Position numbers and translations under genes: made by a program. This document shows, one piece after another, positions 29,436 through 38,640 of a stretch of DNA of 64,000 bases. The stretch comes from Paracoccaceae bacterium. Lineage in GTDB: Bacteria; Pseudomonadota; Alphaproteobacteria; Rhodobacterales; Rhodobacteraceae. The stretch's first letter is position 1; the number at the start of each line of letters is the position of its first letter. Location of the stretch: contig JABXIA010000057.1 in NCBI GenBank assembly GCA_013373325.1, positions 5,896 to 69,895 on the forward strand, in the 5' to 3' direction. The notes below the pieces were generated by a model. That model did no database searches, was not told the origin of the DNA, and saw only the letters and a list, made by a program, of their open reading frames with translations.

Positions 29436-29764
29436 GCCGCGCTCCGCTTGCCCACGGCGGCACCGTCGATCAGCAGGCGGCCGGCCTCCACGCGCAGCGG
29501 ATAGGTGCCGATCCGGCCCTCATCCGCGCCCTGCGCCGCACCGGTGTTCAGATCGAACACCCAGTTGTGCAGCGGACAGGTGACGCTTTGACCGTGCACG
29601 ATGCCCTCGGACAGCGGCCCGCCCTTGTGCGGGCAGCGGTCGTCGGCGGCAAAGACCTCTGCCGCGCCGGTGCGAAACAGGGCAACGCAGCCCGCCGGGG
29701 TTTTCACCACCCGCGCGCCATGCAGCGGGATGTCGTCGATATGGCCGATGTCGATCCAATTCAT
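29432..29764 (-). CDS. nirD: Nitrite reductase [NAD(P)H] small subunit (Rieske-type)
   Basis: CPHKGGPLSEG...CPLHNW; overlaps the nirB stop and the nasA start. Confidence 0.92.
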   Translation of the reverse strand: MNWIDIGHIDDIPLHGARVVKTPAGCVALFRTGAAEVFAADDRCPHKGGPLSEGIVHGQSVTCPLHNWVFDLNTGAAQGADEGRIGTYPLRVEAGRLLIDGAAVGKRSAA

Positions 29765-32202
29765 TCGGCGGCCTCCAGTGTGAGATTGGCAAGGGGCGCG
29801 TATTGCGCCCGTGTGGCACTGTCCTGCGCGTGCTCCGCCCAGGGGTCCTTGCGGTAGACGGACTGCGACAGCTGAAACCGCTCCGCCAGCGCCCTGCGGT
29901 TCTCGGCATCGTCGACGATCTGCGCCTTGACCCAGTCGAGCCCCACCCGGTCCAGCCATTTGTAGATCCGGTCCAGATACCGGGCGTTTTCGCGGTAGAT
30001 CTGGGTCATGGCCGAAATCACCTCGATCGCCTCCTCCTCTGTTGCGACCTTGCACAGCAGCTCGGTGCCCTTGATCTCCATCCCCGCGGCGCCGCCCACA
30101 TGGATTTCATAGCCGCTGTCGACGCAGACCACGCCGATGTCCTTGCAGGTTGCCTCGGCGCAATTGCGCGGGCAGCCGGAGACCGCCAGCTTCAGCTTGT
30201 GCGGCGTCCAGGAGCCCCACAGGTGTTTCTCCAGCTTGATGCCCAGCCCGGTGGAATCCTGGGTGCCAAAGCGGCAATGGTCGGTACCGACACAGGTTTT
30301 CACCGTGCGCAGCCCCTTGGAATAGGCATGGCCGGAAACCAGTCCGGCGCGGTTCAGGTCGGACCAGATCCCGGGCAGGTCCTCACCCCTGACGCCCAGC
30401 AGGTCGATGCGCTGGCCGCCGGTCACCTTGACCGTCGGAACCGCGAATTTGTCAGCGGCATCGGCAATCGCGCGCAGCTCATCCGGCGTAGTGATACCGC
30501 CCCACATCCGCGGCACCACCGAGAAGGTGCCGTCCTTCTGGATGTTGGCGTGCTTGCGCTCGTTCACAAAACGGCTTTGCGGATCATCCTTATATTCCAG
30601 CGGCCAGTCGGCCAGCAGGTAGTAGTTCAGCGCCGGGCGGCAGACATGGCAGCCGTTGGCGGTGGTCCAGCCCAGTTCCTGCCAGACCGCGGCCTGGCTT
30701 TTCAGCTCCTGAGACTTGATCAGGCGGCGCACGTCCTCGTGGGTGTGGCTGGTGCAGCCGCAGACGGGTAGTGCCTGAGGCGCCGCGTAGCCATCCCCCA
30801 GCGTCACCGCCAGCAGCTGATCCACCAGCCCGGTGCAGGTGCCGCAGGAGGCGCTGGCCTTGGTCGTGGCGCGGATCGCGCCAAGGTCTGTTGCGCCGGT
30901 TTCGATGGCGCGGGTGATCTGTCCCTTGCAAACGCCGTTGCAGCCGCAGATCTCCGCCTCAGGCGGCAAGGCTGCAAAGGCTGACAGAGGGTCCGCGGAG
31001 GCGCCCCCCTGAAAGGCCGGTCCGAAGATCAGCGTCCCGCGCATCTCCTCGATATCCGCGCCGTCCTTGATCAGACCGAAGAACCAGCTGCCATCAGCAG
31101 TGTCACCATACATCACCGCGCCGACCAGCCGGCCGTCCTCGATCACCAGCCGCTTGTAGATGCCGCGGGCCGGGTCGCGGAACACGATATCCTCACGCCC
31201 CTCGCCCTCGGCAAAATCCCCGGCGCTGAACAGGTCGCAGCCAGTGACCTTGAGCTTGGTCGCCAGTTCCTTGACCGCAAAGGCGTTGGGCTGATCCAGC
31301 AGGCTGTCCGCCAGCACCCTGGCCTGATCGTACAGCGGCGCCACCAGGCCGAACAGATGGCCATCGAACTCCACGCATTCCCCCACGGCATATATATCCG
31401 GGTCGGAGGTCTGCATCTGCGCGTTCACCTCGATACCGCGCGCCACATCCAGATGCGCGTCAGTGGCCAGTCGGGTTTCCGGGCGGATGCCCACCGCCAT
31501 CACCACCAGATCAGCCCCCAGCGTCTCGCCGCTCTCCAGCAGCACCGCTTGCGCCCGCTCTTCGCCCAGGATCGCCTTGGTGGAAGCCTGGGTTTTCACG
31601 GTGATGCCGCGCGCCTCCAGATCCTTGCGCAGGAGGTAGCCCGCGGCCTCATCCAGCTGGCGCTCCATCAGGTGGCCCGTCAGGTGCAGCACGGTCACAT
31701 CCATGCCGCGTTCCTTGAGACCTGCTGCCGCTTCCATGCCCAGCAGACCGCCGCCGATCACCACCGCCTTGCCGCCCTTGGCGGCAGCCTCGATCATCGC
31801 GTTGGTGTCGTCCAGGTCGCGGTAGGAGATCACCCCCGGCAGGTCGTGCCCCGGCACCGGGATGATGAAAGGGGCGGAGCCGGTGGCGATCACCAGCTTG
31901 TCATAAGGCACATGGCCGTTTTCGCCCTCGACCACCTTCATATCAGGGTCGATCTTCACCACATGCTCGCCGAACCGGCAGGTGATTCCGCGCTCCGCGT
32001 ACCAGTCGTCCGAATGGGTGACGATCTCCTCATAGGTCTTGTCGCCCGACAGCACCGGGCTCAGCATGATGCGGTTGTAATTGCCGCGCGGCTCGGCATT
32101 GAAAAGCGTGATGTCATATGCGCCGGGATCGGCATCGAGCAAATGCTCGATCACCCGGCCAGAGGCCATGCCGGCCCCGATGATGACGAGTTTCTGGGTC
32201 AT
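29761..32202 (-). CDS. nirB: Nitrite reductase [NAD(P)H] large subunit
   Basis: FAD/NAD folds, BFD-like CGCNGV and CGTC, siroheme-binding TCVGTDHC...GCPRNC. Confidence 0.95.
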   Translation of the reverse strand: MTQKLVIIGAGMASGRVIEHLLDADPGAYDITLFNAEPRGNYNRIMLSPVLSGDKTYEEIVTHSDDWYAERGITCRFGEHVVKIDPDMKVVEGENGHVPYDKLVIATGSAPFIIPVPGHDLPGVISYRDLDDTNAMIEAAAKGGKAVVIGGGLLGMEAAAGLKERGMDVTVLHLTGHLMERQLDEAAGYLLRKDLEARGITVKTQASTKAILGEERAQAVLLESGETLGADLVVMAVGIRPETRLATDAHLDVARGIEVNAQMQTSDPDIYAVGECVEFDGHLFGLVAPLYDQARVLADSLLDQPNAFAVKELATKLKVTGCDLFSAGDFAEGEGREDIVFRDPARGIYKRLVIEDGRLVGAVMYGDTADGSWFFGLIKDGADIEEMRGTLIFGPAFQGGASADPLSAFAALPPEAEICGCNGVCKGQITRAIETGATDLGAIRATTKASASCGTCTGLVDQLLAVTLGDGYAAPQALPVCGCTSHTHEDVRRLIKSQELKSQAAVWQELGWTTANGCHVCRPALNYYLLADWPLEYKDDPQSRFVNERKHANIQKDGTFSVVPRMWGGITTPDELRAIADAADKFAVPTVKVTGGQRIDLLGVRGEDLPGIWSDLNRAGLVSGHAYSKGLRTVKTCVGTDHCRFGTQDSTGLGIKLEKHLWGSWTPHKLKLAVSGCPRNCAEATCKDIGVVCVDSGYEIHVGGAAGMEIKGTELLCKVATEEEAIEVISAMTQIYRENARYLDRIYKWLDRVGLDWVKAQIVDDAENRRALAERFQLSQSVYRKDPWAEHAQDSATRAQYAPLANLTLEAAE

Positions 32203-32206
32203 GGTC

Positions 32207-33889
32207 TCACTCCGCTGCAATCTTGTCTGCGGCTGGTTTGGGGGCGGGTTTCGCCCCGTGTTCGTACTCCTCCAGGAAATCGAGCACCTCCTGCCGGTAG
32301 GTGTAGTAGTCCGGGTGCTCCAGCAGCGCCTTGCGGGTGCGGGGGCGCGGCAGGTCGACGTCGGTGATCTTGCCGATGGTGGCCTGCGGGCCGTTGGTCA
32401 TCATCACCACCCGGTCGGCCAGCAGGATCGCCTCATCGACATCGTGGGTGACGCAGATGGCGGTCACCTTGGTGCGGCTCCAGACCTCCATCAGCACCTC
32501 CTGCAGCTCCCAGCGGGTCAGGCTGTCAAGCATGCCAAAGGGTTCATCCAGCAGCAGGAGTTTCGGGGAGAGCGCAAAGGCGCGGGCGATGCCGACCCGC
32601 TGCTGCATGCCGTTCGACATCGCATGCGCTGGCTTGTCCATCGCATCCGCCAGGCCGACGCGCTCCAGGTAGTATTCGACCACGTCCTGCCGTTCCGCCT
32701 GGCTGGCCTTGGGATAAATCTTGTCGACCCCAATGGCGCAATTCTCCCGTGCGGTCAGCCAGGGAAACAGGTTGGGCGACTGGAACACCACCGCGCGCTC
32801 CGGGTCGGCACCCTCCACATGGCGGCGGTCCAGCTTGATCGCCCCCTTGGAGATCGGGTTCAGCCCCGCCGCCATGGTCAGCACCGTGGACTTGCCGCAG
32901 CCGGAATGGCCGATCAGCGAGATGAACTCGCCCTTGCTGATCTTGAGGTTGAAATCCTCGACCACCGTCAGCGGCCCCTTGGGGGTCGGATAGATCTTGT
33001 GCAGCTGCGAGAAATCCAGAAACCGCTCCTCGGTCATCGACTTCGCGGCCTCCGCCACAGCCGCCGGCAGCCCGTGGATCGGGGTCACGTCCGGCAGGGT
33101 CTTCGAGCCCTCGGCCCGCGCCTTGATGCCAACATCCATCAGGCAGGAGGTGACCGCCGCCCGCAGATGCTTGAAACTCTCGTCCGTGTTCATCGCGGAA
33201 CGGTCGCGCGGGCGGGAAAGGGCGACGGTGAACTCTTCCCCCAGGCTGCCGTCCGGGTTCAGGACGATGATGCGGTCGGCCAGCAGAATGGCCTCATCCA
33301 CGTCGTTGGTGATCAGCACGCAGGTCTTCTTGTCCGCCTCCCAGATGGCTTCGATTTCATCCGCCAGATTGGCCCGCGTCAGCGCATCCAGCGCCGACAG
33401 CGGCTCATCCAGCAGCAGCATCTCCGGGTCCATCGCCAGCGCCCGCGCCACGTTGACCCGCTGGCGCATCCCGCCAGACAGCTCTGCCGGGCGGCGCTGC
33501 GCAGCGTGGCTGAGGCCGACCATTTTCACATAGTGATCCACCTTTGCCTGTTTCTCTGCTTTGGGCAGGCCGGGAAACACGGTGTCCACCGCAAGGGCGA
33601 CATTGCCGTTCACCGTCAGCCACGGCATCAGCGAATAATTTTGGAAGATCACCCCGCGCTCCGGGCCGGGGCCGGTGATGGCTTTGCCCCGGCAGGTAAC
33701 CGACCCTTGCGACGGCTTCTCCAACCCCGCCATCAGGTTGATCAGGGTTGTCTTGCCGGTGCCGGAAAAGCCAAGCAGCACCAGGAACTCGCCCTCCTGC
33801 ACCTCCAGATTGATGCCGTTCAGAACCCGGGTGCGGCTGGTGCCCTCGCCAAAGCTCTTGGAGACATTTTTGAACTCAAGAATGCTCAT
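32207..33889 (-). CDS. Nitrate ABC transporter ATP-binding protein with two fused ATPase domains (NrtC/NrtD-like)
   Basis: Walker A GFSGTGKT and GHSGCGKS; signatures LSGGMRQR and MSNGMQQR. Confidence 0.9.
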   Translation of the reverse strand: MSILEFKNVSKSFGEGTSRTRVLNGINLEVQEGEFLVLLGFSGTGKTTLINLMAGLEKPSQGSVTCRGKAITGPGPERGVIFQNYSLMPWLTVNGNVALAVDTVFPGLPKAEKQAKVDHYVKMVGLSHAAQRRPAELSGGMRQRVNVARALAMDPEMLLLDEPLSALDALTRANLADEIEAIWEADKKTCVLITNDVDEAILLADRIIVLNPDGSLGEEFTVALSRPRDRSAMNTDESFKHLRAAVTSCLMDVGIKARAEGSKTLPDVTPIHGLPAAVAEAAKSMTEERFLDFSQLHKIYPTPKGPLTVVEDFNLKISKGEFISLIGHSGCGKSTVLTMAAGLNPISKGAIKLDRRHVEGADPERAVVFQSPNLFPWLTARENCAIGVDKIYPKASQAERQDVVEYYLERVGLADAMDKPAHAMSNGMQQRVGIARAFALSPKLLLLDEPFGMLDSLTRWELQEVLMEVWSRTKVTAICVTHDVDEAILLADRVVMMTNGPQATIGKITDVDLPRPRTRKALLEHPDYYTYRQEVLDFLEEYEHGAKPAPKPAADKIAAE

Positions 33890-33895
33890 GACGGC

Positions 33896-34984
33896 TCACC
33901 GGTTGTTCGTGAAGGTAAACAGCGACTGCAGCGCGTACATCACCCGGTCCAGGAGGAAGCCGATGATACCGATGGTCAGCACCGCAACGATGATCCGGGC
34001 CAGCGACTGGCTGGAGCCGTTCTGGAACTCGTCCCAGACAAACTTGCCGAGGCCCGGGTTCTGCGCCAGCATCTCTGCCGCGATAAGCACCATCCAGCCG
34101 ACCCCCAGCGACAACCGCAGCCCGGTGAAGATCAGCGGCAGCGCCGAGGGCAGCACCAGCTTGGTGATCTTGGTCCAGGTGGTCATCTTCAGAACCTTGG
34201 AGACATTCACCAGGTCCTTGTCGATGGAGGCCACCCCCAGCGCGGTATTGATCAGCGCAGGCCACAGCGAACACAGGGTGACGGTGATGGCCGAAACCAG
34301 GAACGACTTCGCAAACAGCCCGTCGTTGCTGGCATAAAGCGCCGAGACCACCATGGTCACGATCGGCAGCCAGGCCAGCGGCGACACCGGCTTGAAGATC
34401 TGCACCAGCGGGTTGATGGCCGCGTTTGCAGTGGGCGACAGCCCGGCCAGGATGCCCAGCGGGATCGCCACGGCGGCGGCAATCAGGAACCCGAAAAACA
34501 CAGTCAGGATCGAGGTCCCGATCTGCTGGTAATAAGACGGCGCGCCGGTATAGGGGATATCCTTCACCCGCTCCGGCTGCCCGCGGTCGATGAACCGCTG
34601 GTTGCGGGCCTCCACCTTCTCGGAATGGGCACGCTCCTTGGCGGCCTTGGCCCGGGCATCCTGATGCAGGTTCACCGCCTCACTCCACACCGCCCCCGGG
34701 CCGGGGATCGCACCCAGCGAGGTCTGTACCTTCGGCGCCAGCACGGCCCACAGCATCAGGAAGGCGGCGATGGCGATGACGGGAACCGCCAGCAAGCGCC
34801 AGATTTCCTTGATCTGCGCCCTGGGATTGTCCCCGGCGGCGGCTTTCAGCACCGGGGTCACCCAGGCCAGGCCGAAGACCTGGAACCAGGCGTCCATCTT
34901 GCTGATGCGGGTGAACAGCCGGGCGCGGCGGGCCTCCTTCTGCTCACTGGCAGGGCTGAGAGTGTCGGGGTCGGCAATCGTCAT
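33896..34984 (-). CDS. nrtB: Nitrate ABC transporter permease
   Basis: PVSPLAWLP, WMVLIAAEML, GLGKFVWDEFQN motifs. Confidence 0.9.
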   Translation of the reverse strand: MTIADPDTLSPASEQKEARRARLFTRISKMDAWFQVFGLAWVTPVLKAAAGDNPRAQIKEIWRLLAVPVIAIAAFLMLWAVLAPKVQTSLGAIPGPGAVWSEAVNLHQDARAKAAKERAHSEKVEARNQRFIDRGQPERVKDIPYTGAPSYYQQIGTSILTVFFGFLIAAAVAIPLGILAGLSPTANAAINPLVQIFKPVSPLAWLPIVTMVVSALYASNDGLFAKSFLVSAITVTLCSLWPALINTALGVASIDKDLVNVSKVLKMTTWTKITKLVLPSALPLIFTGLRLSLGVGWMVLIAAEMLAQNPGLGKFVWDEFQNGSSQSLARIIVAVLTIGIIGFLLDRVMYALQSLFTFTNNR

Positions 34985-35068
34985 GGTGTCGTCCTCTGGG
35001 AATTGCTGAGGGAGGGGAACGCCGCCCGCTCCTGCGGGCGCACCGCCCCCCTGCCCTCCTGTCCGGGG

Positions 35069-36436
35069 TCAGCCCCGAATGGCGCTGCCAACGACGGTCT
35101 GGCCGGACTTCAGTCCGATCGGCAGGCTGTCGATATAGGCGTTGGGCGTTTTGCCATCGAAGGGAATGGCGTCGATGACGTCTTCCGCCGGGGTCGGGGC
35201 CTTGTAGCCGTCACTGTCCCATGGGAAATCCCCGGGGCTGGCAAGCCCCTCATCCACCAGCATTTTCGCGGCTTCCAGATAGATCTCCGGCTTGTAGACA
35301 GAGCGGGCAACCTCGTCATACCAGTTGTCCGGCTTGGGCTCGGCAATCTGCCCCCAGCGGCGCATCTGGGTCAGGTACCAGACCGCGTCCGAGTAGAACG
35401 GATAGGTCGCATTGTAGCGGAAGAACACGTTGAAATCCGGGACATCGCGTGTGTCGCCCTTCTCGTATTCGAAGGTGCCGGTCATCGAATTGGCGATCAC
35501 CTCGTAATCGGCGCCGACATATTCAGGCCGCGACAGGATCTCCACCGCCTCGGGGCGGTTGGCGTTTTCGTTTTCATCCAGCCACTGCGCCGCACGGATC
35601 AGCGCCTTGACCACCGCCAGCGTGGTGTTCGGGTTTTCCTCGGCAAATTCCGCCGTGATGCCGAACACCTTTTCCGGGTTGTTCTTCCACAGCTCATAGT
35701 CGGTGATCACCGGCACGCCGATGCCCTTGAACACCGCCTGCTGGTTCCACGGCTCCCCCACGCAGTAGCCGGAGATCGTGCCGGCCTCCAGCGTCGCGGG
35801 CATCTGCGGCGGCGGTGTCACCGACAGGAACGCTTCGGCGCCGATCTGGCCGGTCACGTTCTCCGGCGAATAGTAGCCGGGATTGATGCCGCCCGCCGCC
35901 AGCCAGTAGCGCAGCTCATAATTATGGGTGGAGACCGGGAACACCATGCCCATGTTGAACGGCTTGCCCCTGGCGTTGAACGCCTCGATCACCGGCTTCA
36001 GGTAGGAGGCGGAGATCGGACGTGCGATCCGGCCGTCCGCGTCCCTGGGCAGGTTCGGCTTCATCATCTCCCACACATCATTGGACAGCGTGATGCCGTT
36101 GCCGTTCAGGTCCATCGAAAACGGCGTGACGATATGCGCCTCGGTGCCGTAGCCGATGGTCGCGGCCAGCGGCTGGCCTGCCAGCATATGGGCACCGTCC
36201 AGCGTGCCGTCGATCACCCCATCCAGCAGAACCTTCCAGTTCGCCTGCGCTTCCAGCGTGACAAACAGCCCTTCGTCATCGAAAAAGCCCTGTTCATAAG
36301 CCACCGCCAGCGGCGCCATATCCGTCAGCTTGATAAAGCCGAAGGTCAGCACATCCTTTTCCAGCTCCAGGGTGGCCGCCAGGGCCGGCCCGGTCAGTGC
36401 GGTTGAGGCCGCAAGCGCCATGATCAGTGTCTTCAT
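35069..36436 (-). CDS. nrtA: Nitrate ABC transporter substrate-binding protein (NrtA/CmpA family)
   Basis: Signal peptide; [30 protein letters not shown] motifs. Confidence 0.92.
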   Translation of the reverse strand: MKTLIMALAASTALTGPALAATLELEKDVLTFGFIKLTDMAPLAVAYEQGFFDDEGLFVTLEAQANWKVLLDGVIDGTLDGAHMLAGQPLAATIGYGTEAHIVTPFSMDLNGNGITLSNDVWEMMKPNLPRDADGRIARPISASYLKPVIEAFNARGKPFNMGMVFPVSTHNYELRYWLAAGGINPGYYSPENVTGQIGAEAFLSVTPPPQMPATLEAGTISGYCVGEPWNQQAVFKGIGVPVITDYELWKNNPEKVFGITAEFAEENPNTTLAVVKALIRAAQWLDENENANRPEAVEILSRPEYVGADYEVIANSMTGTFEYEKGDTRDVPDFNVFFRYNATYPFYSDAVWYLTQMRRWGQIAEPKPDNWYDEVARSVYKPEIYLEAAKMLVDEGLASPGDFPWDSDGYKAPTPAEDVIDAIPFDGKTPNAYIDSLPIGLKSGQTVVGSAIRG

Positions 36437-36485
36437 CGGGTTGGTTCCTTATCCTAGCTGTGTCCGGCGGCAGGTGCCGGAACAG

Positions 36486-36591
36486 AAAAAGCCGCTGACA
36501 CGCACCGCCGGGAGGAGTGGCGGTGGGTCGAGCGGCTTTGCTCAGTGAACCCCGGTCTTCGGGAAAATTCTCAGTCAGGCTCCGTTGCCTG
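36486..36591 (-). promoter_or_regulatory. ANTAR (NasT) target leader: two hexaloop hairpins plus an overlapping terminator
   Basis: Minus strand CAGGC-AACGGA-GCCTG (36576-36591) and GAGC-AAAGCC-GCTC (36530-36543), both loops AxxGxx; the second overlaps terminator AAAGCCGCT...AGCGGCTTTTTCT (36486-36539). Confidence 0.85.
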
Positions 36592-36701
36592 TCTGACCTC
36601 AGACTGCCGGAAGACCCGGGGTGCGCCAAAGGGTATTTTGCGCGCGCAGCATAAAATTCTGCATTGCAGCGTACCGATGCGGATGGCTGCCTGCTTTTTC
36701 A

Positions 36702-36922
36702 TCAATCTGCAGCCCTGGGATCAAAAACACGGCCCTCCCAAAACCAGATCTGCAGCAGGCCTGCCGCTTCCGATTCTCCCGCTGCCAATATCCACACGCT
36801 GTTTGAGCCTTCCGGTTACGAAGAACCGGCCAGCAAATCCGCGCGCCTCCCGCCAAAGACGGCCCGGTAAAGATCGCATCGGTCAGCGGGACACAGCCGG
36901 CGGGGATCCGCGTCAGGCTCAT
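36702..36922 (-). pseudogene. nasS: Internally deleted remnant of the nitrate sensor nasS
   Basis: ATG overlaps the nasT stop (ATGA); reads MSLTRIPAGCVPLTDA, then in another frame DLYRAVFGGRRADLLAGSS*PEGS...FWEGRVFDP; only about 220 bp, with a frameshift and an in-frame stop. Confidence 0.7.
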
Positions 36923-37503
36923 GCCAGCAGCCCCGCCGCCGTGACCAGCGCCTGCGCCACTTCGGCAACCCGCTTGTTCCGGTCCATCGCAGCCTTGCGC
37001 AGCAGCGCATAGGCTTCGTCCTCGCCGATGCCGCGGGCCTTCATCACCATCCCCTTGGCGCGGTCGATCACCTTGCGCTCTTGCAGCGCGCGCTTGGCCT
37101 CCGCCAGCTCCGTCCGCATCCGCTGAAACAGCCGGAACCGGGCAATGGCCGCCTCCAGAACCGGCTTCAGCCGGGCCGGATGCAACCCGTCAACCACATA
37201 GGCCGAAACCCCCGCCTCCACCGCGGCGGCAGACAGCCCGTCCTCGCTGCGGCCGGCGAAAATGGCCACCGGCCGGTCCTTGGGCCCGGAAGCCAGCGTC
37301 AGCTCCTCCAGCACATCGCGGGAGGGATTGGCGATACCGATCAGCACCACATCCGGGTCGCGCATCTGTATCTGGCGCGCAAGCCCCAATGGTTCCGGGA
37401 TCACCTGGACGTCAAAATCCCCGGCGTCCCGCAGCCCCTCCACAATCATGAGGGCGCGGTCACGGTCGGTTTCGACAACGGCAATGGACAGGGCATCCGG
37501 CAT
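36919..37503 (-). CDS. nasT: ANTAR-domain antiterminator (REC-like + ANTAR)
   Basis: AGVSAYVVDGL and ERKVIDRAKG...EDEAYALLRKAAMD motifs; upstream of the nitrate operon. Confidence 0.92.
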   Translation of the reverse strand: MPDALSIAVVETDRDRALMIVEGLRDAGDFDVQVIPEPLGLARQIQMRDPDVVLIGIANPSRDVLEELTLASGPKDRPVAIFAGRSEDGLSAAAVEAGVSAYVVDGLHPARLKPVLEAAIARFRLFQRMRTELAEAKRALQERKVIDRAKGMVMKARGIGEDEAYALLRKAAMDRNKRVAEVAQALVTAAGLLA

Positions 37504-37577
37504 GCGCTGAACCCTGCAGAGCGCAGCGGGCGGCTGTAAAGGACACGGGCACGGCGCAAGCCAGGATACCCTGCGGG

Positions 37578-37614
37578 TGCCGGATTTTCAGGCAGTCTGC
37601 CCGGACATCCGGCA
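37578..37614. promoter_or_regulatory. Tandem candidate NtrC-binding sites upstream of nasT
   Basis: TGCC-GGATTTTCA-GGCA (37578-37594) and TGCC-CGGACATCC-GGCA (37598-37614), i.e. paired GCC-N9-GGC sites. Confidence 0.55.
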
Positions 37615-37739
37615 CCGCAAAGACACGCCCCGGCGGTGATCCTTGTGCGCTCCGCCGCCGCGGCTGCGCCTTAGACTGTTGCCGCAGCAGCAGGAAGCGG
37701 CTAAGCAGGCAGCGGCGCAGTTGGAGTTGCGAGGCGAGC

Positions 37740-38384
37740 GTGAAATCTGTTTCTGGATGCCCCGGTTCCGCCGCCGCTACCCTGGTCAGGAAGCGGTCCT
37801 TGTCCTTCATGCTTCTGCGGGTGATCCGCGGCCATCAAAGCGACGATGACATTTCCCTTGGCGCCTTTCTGGAACAGCTTGGCGACCGGTCCTTCGGCTG
37901 GGCCATCCTGCTGTCCTGCCTGATCAACCTGCTGCCGCTGCCGCCGGGGGCAACCCTTGTCACCGCCCTGCCGCTGCTGTTCTTCTGCGCCCAGATGGGG
38001 CTCGGCTTTGCCAATGTCCGGCTGCCGCGCAGGATCGCCCGGATCCGGATTTCCGGCGCGGCCATGCGCCGGATCGTGCTGCGCCTGCGCCCGGTGTCGC
38101 GGCGGCTGGAGCGGATCGCCCGGCCGCGCCTTGGGGCAATGTTCCAGCCGCGTCGGGAACAGCTGACCGGCGGCCTGCTGTTCCTGGTCTCGCTGGCGCT
38201 GTTCATTCCCCTGCCTCTCAGCGGCTGGTTTCCGGCCATCGCCCTGTTCATCACCAGCATCGGGCTGGTGGAGCGGGACGGGGTGATCGTGCTGGCAGGC
38301 GCCTGCGCCGGGCTGCTGTCGATTGCCCTGACGGTGTTCGTGGCCGCCTCGCTCCTGATCGGGGCCAACAGCCTGATGCACTGA
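37740..38384 (+). CDS. exoD: ExoD-family membrane protein (exopolysaccharide synthesis)
   Basis: LEQLGDRSFG, NLLPLPPG, LERIARPRL, GLVERDG motifs; start uncertain (could be 37809). Confidence 0.85.
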   Translation: MKSVSGCPGSAAATLVRKRSLSFMLLRVIRGHQSDDDISLGAFLEQLGDRSFGWAILLSCLINLLPLPPGATLVTALPLLFFCAQMGLGFANVRLPRRIARIRISGAAMRRIVLRLRPVSRRLERIARPRLGAMFQPRREQLTGGLLFLVSLALFIPLPLSGWFPAIALFITSIGLVERDGVIVLAGACAGLLSIALTVFVAASLLIGANSLMH

Positions 38385-38472
38385 GGCAGGCACGCAGCAC
38401 CTGCAGCAGACTGTTCTCCACTTGGCGGTTGTTCCCCGCGCACCGGGCGCCTATATTGCAGCCACCGGAAAT

Positions 38473-38590
38473 GGAGATTTTATGTCCTGGTAAGGATGGG
38501 AGGCAGCAGGCCTCCCGGTGCACAGCAGCCGATTGAACCGTCCGCCTCCCGCCGGAGAGCGGCCATACTTCTGTGCACGTGCTTTTTCCT
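38473..38590 (+). promoter_or_regulatory. Putative attenuator leader with a 3-codon uORF (Met-Ser-Trp)
   Basis: GGAG RBS at 38473, ATG TCC TGG TAA at 38482-38493, alternative hairpins, U-tract at 38583. Confidence 0.5.
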
Positions 38591-38640
38591 TACCCATGCG
38601 CCCGGGCCCACCCCGCGGCAACGACATGAAAGACACCCCA

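Noticed and set aside
32081..36406. 1441 aa ORF on the + strand
   Set aside because: Antisense shadow of the nitrate transporter genes; no recognisable motifs; expected in high-GC DNA
36599..36922. 107 aa ORF as an intact small protein
   Set aside because: Only the first 16 or so codons look genuine (NasS start); the rest is out-of-frame read-through, so it is called a pseudogene instead
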